64,000 bases of DNA from Balanoglossus misakiensis (lineage: Eukaryota; Animalia; Hemichordata), in contig CM082597.2 in the NCBI GenBank assembly GCA_040954595.2, positions 4,345,244 to 4,409,243 on the forward strand. The letters are read 5' to 3'. Positions 57,920 through 64,000 of the stretch are shown in pieces; within the stretch, counting starts at the first letter, position 1; every line of letters starts with the position of its first letter. The notes under the pieces were generated by a model. The model worked only from the letters and a program-made list of their open reading frames with translations. It had not been told where the DNA came from and made no database searches. Made by a program: the position numbers and the translations under genes.

Positions 57920-60900
57920 ATGTCGTTCTTTTTGGACGCCGTGGTCATGTTTTCATCTCAGGTTGGTATTGTTGCTAGCGAGTTGTCGCCGTCGACGCCG
58001 GACTGAGTACGAAACTGACACGACAGCCAATAGTTACATGTATACATGTACACAGGCCACTGTCGCTGGGGAAAAATGCCGGCAGTGTCTACGTCAGCAT
58101 GCCGGGCATTTTTGTGCGCGCGTCAGTGTCAAATGCCATCGCTCCATAATGTACCCACATAATCAATGAAACGTTGACAAGGATGGGCGCTTATCAGCGA
58201 CCTGTGTCATCTTTCACACGTTCATTCATTCATTCAGTAAACATCAACACTACAGAGCAACCCGGAAGATCAGTGGGTCACAAGGTCAAGTCTGGGCAAA
58301 ATTACCATGTTTACATTTATTTATTTGACGGGTCAACATACCCAAGGGCCCAAGAACACTTTCAGACCCTGAAAGAATAAACAGAATAGAAACAAATAAA
58401 CAGACTTTAATTAACATAGTTAACCACAGACAGAAAAGTATATGAATCATGTATGTTATTTCTTTAAACACACAATAAATTTAATTGTAAGTTCTAATGT
58501 CCATCATCTGAATAACTTGTATTTATATCTCGAGCTATTCTTTTGGTGTACTTTATAGAAACATACACATAATTCCCAATGTATAATGTTATGTTGTTAT
58601 GTTAATGTTAGAGTGCTATTTAGAATACAATATTGACCGTACATGTAGGCTATGCTTGTCAGTATCAAATTTATATTTCAACCAGTTACTGAACTGTGCA
58701 GAAGTATGATTACAACATTGTTTTATTCTCACTTTTTAACAGATACTCTTTTTCATGGGTGGTTGGATTTTCTTCATAAGGAAACTGTACAAAGACTACG
58801 AGGTTCACCATACAATAGTTCAGCTGATTTTCTCTCTCACGTTTGCTCTGTCCTGCACCATGTTTGAACTCATCATCTTTGAAATTTTAGGAATCCTCAA
58901 TGCAAAGTGAGTATACAGAACAGACCAAGTGTACATTTCCGGTTTTCCAATAAAATGTGACCATAAGGTTCAACAGTATGATCTTTCCAGAACTATAAGT
59001 GCATCTCTCTGTGTCCAATAATCTAAAAATTCTTTTTGAATGTTGAGGTTATACATCATGCCGCTTGTTACCAAACAAGTACTCTTAGTATATTTATTTG
59101 CGTGAAATAGTCTTACACAGAAAAACAGGTATGCCCAGTATACAATAGGATTAAAAGAGTGTTTATGGCTTAGTCAAGACAGCTGACTGCTGATTCATTT
59201 GCTGTGAGGCCAAAGACTGGCTGTGTCATAATTTCACTTAAAAGGTCAGCTGAGGACATAGATAAAACAGCAGGTGTTGGCAACAATTACAGTGTGGAAC
59301 CATTATGCATAGAACTAACATGTTAGTCATGTTTTCTGTCCCTTGGGTGCTGAGTAATTTCTTTTCATATTCTAACAATTTAGCAAAGTATGTTTATTGT
59401 ATTATAAATATTCTATGTACAGCTGTACACATGTGTTTGTGTGAGTGGGGACATTAGGCTAACATACAGTGAATTGTAATTAATTGAACCTACTTTGCAT
59501 AATGAGATTATTTTTCTAAATCCATGAATTCCCAATTCAGTTCCAGGTACTTTCACTGGAAGCTGGACTTATTTGCGATTTTGTTCACTGTTATCTTCGT
59601 ACTGCCATTCTACATTGCCTATTTTACCCTGAGCAACATCAGATTCGGTGAGTTCACATCTTAATGTCATTCTCTGGATCACAAAACACTGCTAACAATG
59701 GCCACGGTCTGTAAAGTCAATATGATTTGCTATGGTCTTAGAGTATTTTTTGTGAGTTCTTCATTGTACCGCTTCACTTTAACATTTCCTAAATTAACAA
59801 CTTTGTCCATAATGGTGCATGAGTGAGTCCTTGCATAAGACATTAAGTATACATTTGTCAACCTGGTTTTTCTCTTCATTTCACAGTGCAAAAGAATCGC
59901 ATGATTATCATCCTCACTGTAGCAGCTTGGCTGATGTTCATGTATTTCTTCTGGAAACTCGGCGATCCCTTTCCTATACTCAGTCCCAAGCATGGTAAGT
60001 AACACTTGCTCAAGATTAAGACTTCTACAAGAAACTGTTTTTTGCAAATTGACTCACAAAGTCGTAAAAAGCTATCAAATATACACTTCAGATATGTTTC
60101 ACTGTCAAGAACGCCTCCTAGTGGTGAAATCAAAAAATACTTTTGTGTAATAGCGCCATCTAACGATGAAATAGAACATTTTCATTCCATGTGACATAAT
60201 ATTGCCAAGTGGTATTTGAAGTGTTTTTGTTGGTTTATTGAACAGGTATACTATCCATAGAGCAAGGAATAAGTCGTGTGGGTGTGATTGGAGTGACATT
60301 AATGGCATTGCTGTCTGGATTTGGTGCCGTCAACTGCCCATACACTTACATGTCATATTTCATGAGGTGAGTACAATGAGTTTGCAGATTGGTTGTTAGG
60401 GATGCTTAAATCAAATATTAGCCTCTGTATCATGCTTGTAAAATAGTTTTCATTTAAATCTTGCACCAATTGAAAAACCACTAATAAAAGCATGGACTTC
60501 TTTTTGTTTCATTTCAGGCACGTGAACGACACGGACATCCAGGCCCATGAGAGGAAGTTCATGCAAATTATGGATATGATATTGACGAAGAAAAAGAGGT
60601 AAATAATTACTGGTGGTAGATTGTCAACCATACTAGACCATCCCTGGAGGTGTATACTCAGCTAAAATAGATGATTGAGTATGCATAAACAACGTAACAT
60701 TCTCAGAAGTTTCCCTAAATATACTGTAAAACACTTTATTTTCGCGAGTTGAAATTTTCTCGATATCGAGAGAGCCCACTGTTTTGCGAGTATTAATTTT
60801 CGCGTTCTCTTATTTCATTCACTGCATCGTTATCTTAAAAAAAAATTACGCGACTTTTTATTTTCACGCTATTTTGGTTCTCGCGTATATCGCGCAAATT

Positions 60901-63126
60901 TATTACTCGCGAAAATAAAGTGTTTTACAGTATATGCAAGTTAGGTGCATGATGTACAATCTTGACTGTATTAGGAATATCTTCTCCAGGATTGCGTTGG
61001 CAGAGAGGGAGAGTTTACAGAGAGCAGCAAGCGGTGCTCCCAAGCAGAGTGGTATCTGGGGAATGCTGAAGACTGTCACAGGGTCGAGTGGAAAAGAAAG
61101 TATCCTTTATATACTCACATACAAATGTATATATGGTACATATATACTCACATACAAATGTATATATGGTACATATGAACATATACATGTGCATGTATAC
61201 TTATGTACATATGTTTAGACTATGCCAGTTTAGTCTCCTGATGATCGATTCCAGTGACTCACGAAACAACGTTGTAGAGATTATACTGCCTTTCATTTCT
61301 CCTACTACCCTTACTTTATATTTCTCTCTACTTAAGTATAGAGGATTTCGTATCAGACCAGTCAAACTTCATATATGTACATATGTATGTATACACAAAA
61401 AACCAACAACATATATTTTGTTTCTGACCAAACTGTATTTCAATATCTTTGAATATCATCCTGACAAATTATCTTCAGACATCAGCCAGTTACAGCAAGA
61501 AGTCAATGCATATGAAGAATTGAGTCGGCAGCTTTTCCTTGAAGTTGTTGATCTGCACAACACTAAGGTATTAATATCGTATTGTGTGACTATTCAACAA
61601 TTTCTTAACACCAATTAATTAAACCTTATACTTTTCAGTGTCAATGTTGAAATTTGTGATTTATGGCATATGTTTTTGAAAAAACAAAAACATTCATTTG
61701 ATCCAGTGTTTCCAATCAATAATTCCATTGTTTTTTCCCACTATATCATTCCCAGGAAAGGATAATCTATTCCAGGACTCTGCAGGGCAAATACTTCAAT
61801 TTCATGGGATACATCTTTTCCATGTACTGTATGTGGAAGATCTTCATTTCAACTGTAAATATTGTGTTCGACCGAGTGGGAAAGACGGATCCGGTCACCA
61901 AGGGTGTAGAGATTGCCGTCAACTATTTTGGAATCCAGTTTGATGTAAGATTTGAATAGATAAAATCATAAAGCATTCATATTTTAAGGTTTCTTTATAG
62001 CTAAATTCCACTTAGAATATTGATATAAATTCTAGCAGCACCCTCGTGTGCTATTTCAGAAATCATCCACCATTTGCCAAGTAATTTGCTGTCCAAAACT
62101 CTTGAAAATGAGTTTCTTATATTTATATACGTTTCTTGTATTTTTGAATGAAGAATGACTAACAAATGTATGAATCTTATAGTTACATAATTAGAAACAC
62201 TATCCCCTTTCTGATTCTAGGTAAAGTTCTGGTCACAGCAGATTTCCTTTATCTTAGTTGGTATCATCATTGTCACCTCAATCCGAGGGTTGCTCATTAA
62301 TTTAACCAAGGTAAGCCCTCTATATGGATAAAATTTGACTATGTATTTAACGTTTTATCACCTTTAATTAAATCAACTGCAGAATGAGAAACCAGAGTGA
62401 TACAAAGGAGAAAAAAAATAGCCAAAAGTTAGAGTTACTGGGGCTTTAAATGCAGCCAACACTATCATGTTTAAAACCTAGCAAATGTATGCTTTAGTGT
62501 AGAGACACTACAATAACTATTTCTATTCTGACATTTGCAGTTTTTCTATGCTATATCAAGCAGCAAGTCTTCCAGTGTAATTGTATTGGCATTGGCACAG
62601 ATAATGGTGAGTATATCTTTAAAAATTAACATTAAAATTACACATTCACCTATACAAATTTAGCCAATGATGTAGCCACTTATAGATTTTCAGGAAACAA
62701 GTTTACCCCTAAAACAGTTGTTTGAAGACTTTGACGCACCCTTTCACCATATTTGGGTATATGTTAATGATGTGATTTTTACTGTATACCTTTAACAATA
62801 CGGAAAGTGCTATATTGAATTTGAAAACAGAATTATCATGAGGGGTATATAGAGTTGTAATATGGCATCCTTCAAATAGATTAATTTACTATCTGCAATG
62901 CTCTCTCTTACAGGGAATGTACTTTGTATCCTCTGTGCTTCTGATCAGAATGAACATGCCACTAGAATACCGACGGATAATCACAGAGGTCCTCGGCGAT
63001 CTTCAATTTAATTTCTACCACCGATGGTTTGATGTCATCTTTCTTGTCAGCGCTCTCTCCAGCATTGGGTTCCTATATCTTGCCCATCAACAGACTCCCG
63101 AGAAACACATGACACCAGCTCCATGA
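57920..63126 (+). CDS. GPR89: Golgi pH regulator (GPHR/GPR89), ~459 aa
   Basis: 12 exons: 57920-57961, 58743-58906, 59541-59647, 59887-59994, 60246-60366, 60518-60598, 60990-61099, 61479-61567, 61756-61944, 62221-62310, 62541-62606, 62914-63126. Diagnostic stretches [86 protein letters not shown]. Confidence 0.96.
60722..60932. mobile_element. ~210-bp MITE with long TIRs and TA ends, copy 2
   Basis: TACTGTAAAACACTTTATTTTCGCGAG ... CTCGCGAAAATAAAGTGTTTTACAGTA, perfect 27-bp TIR. Confidence 0.92.
61100..61478 (+). other. U12-type (minor spliceosome) GT-AG intron in GPR89
   Basis: 5' splice site GTATCCTTT; branch-like ATCCTGAC ~15 nt before the AG; no strong polypyrimidine tract; splicing restores the frame ([12 protein letters not shown]). 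Confidence 0.85.
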
Positions 63127-63129
63127 CGA

Positions 63130-63203
63130 CCAATCAGTGATGTTCAATTTAGTCACCTGACCATAACGGCCAATCAGTGATGTTTAATTTTTAGTCACCT
63201 GAC
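63130..63203. repeat. ~40-bp tandem duplication directly after the GPR89 stop
   Basis: ccaatcagtgatgtt(c/t)aattt(tt)agtcacctgac occurs twice. Confidence 0.85.
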
Positions 63204-64000
63204 AGTATTCAAATAATCACTTTGAGGAGAGGCCATACACAATATCCCATTCCTTACACATTACACCTGTGGGATCTAAACATAGGGCAAATATTCTTAC
63301 TCTTGATGAATTTATCATTTTTTTCTCCGAAACTTTATGTATGAAAGTCTACTGTAGGTTCCATTTTTCTCATTTGCAATCTCGTTCTTCAATATCCACT
63401 TTCTGTATTCTTTGGATATATATTTTCTGTATTTTTGTCACATGATCAGATCTGGAAAATGTTGACGTGTTTTGCTTGAAGTACAATAGTTTCTGTCTTA
63501 TGTGTGCAATCCATGGCCATTGAATGTTATGCCATTCACCAATATGGCTCAATAGAGCATATCAAAGAGTACTGTATTATTTCGACGTTAAAATTGCAGA
63601 AAAAGAGTTTGTACATTGTGAACTACAATTACATCCACTAGGTGGTTGCTTCTTTTAGGAAGTTTCTCATCCACATTCACTTGAAATTTCTCATTCGGTG
63701 TTATAAAATAACAGGTGTAACTACATGAATGTGAACAAGATGCTTAGTAATATTTTTGTCATTGCATGCATTTATTCAGGTTGCTGACAGTAGATAAATG
63801 CAAGGGAATACAGTTTTGTGATATCAACGCACAAACCAAAGTAATCGGTAATCGGTAAAAATTAAGATTTTGATTAGAGTAATCAGAAAGTGGTGAAATC
63901 ATGTTGATAAATGAAAGATATTCGATTGATCTGACATGTTCTGTTAATTGAAAACTAATGTTCCAATTGCCAATCTCACAATTAATGGATAACCTTCACA

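Noticed and set aside
63124-63180. UGA-C stop context in GPR89 allowing a 17-aa read-through extension
   Set aside because: It is not the strong UGA-CUAG motif, the extension lies in a recent tandem duplication, and there is no conservation evidence.

Overview
Intron-rich, AT-rich metazoan DNA (GT-AG introns, MITEs, microsatellites). It is probably from a marine invertebrate, but the taxon cannot be fixed from this window. I reconstructed the gene models by hand from splice signals and reading-frame continuity; family assignments rest on recalled sequences and motifs, not on database searches. Left to right: possible non-coding 5' exons of a gene leaving the window (-); RSPH1 (7 exons, -); a RING + NEMO-type zinc-finger gene with an intronless CDS (-); a TRIM RING/B-box/coiled-coil/NHL gene with an intronless CDS (-); a secreted two-domain SUEL/rhamnose-binding lectin (-); a 23-kb head-to-tail array of five paralogous secreted proteins, each with two tandem pentraxin domains (+); USP25/28 (23 exons, -); and GPR89/GPHR (12 exons, +, one U12-type intron) divergent from a shared promoter. 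The most striking feature is the five-gene double-pentraxin array. The canonical Ca2+-binding residues are lost, domain 1 has a hypervariable loop, and domain 2 has a conserved basic QRR/DWKN loop. The array sits in a candidate innate-immunity island between housekeeping genes.
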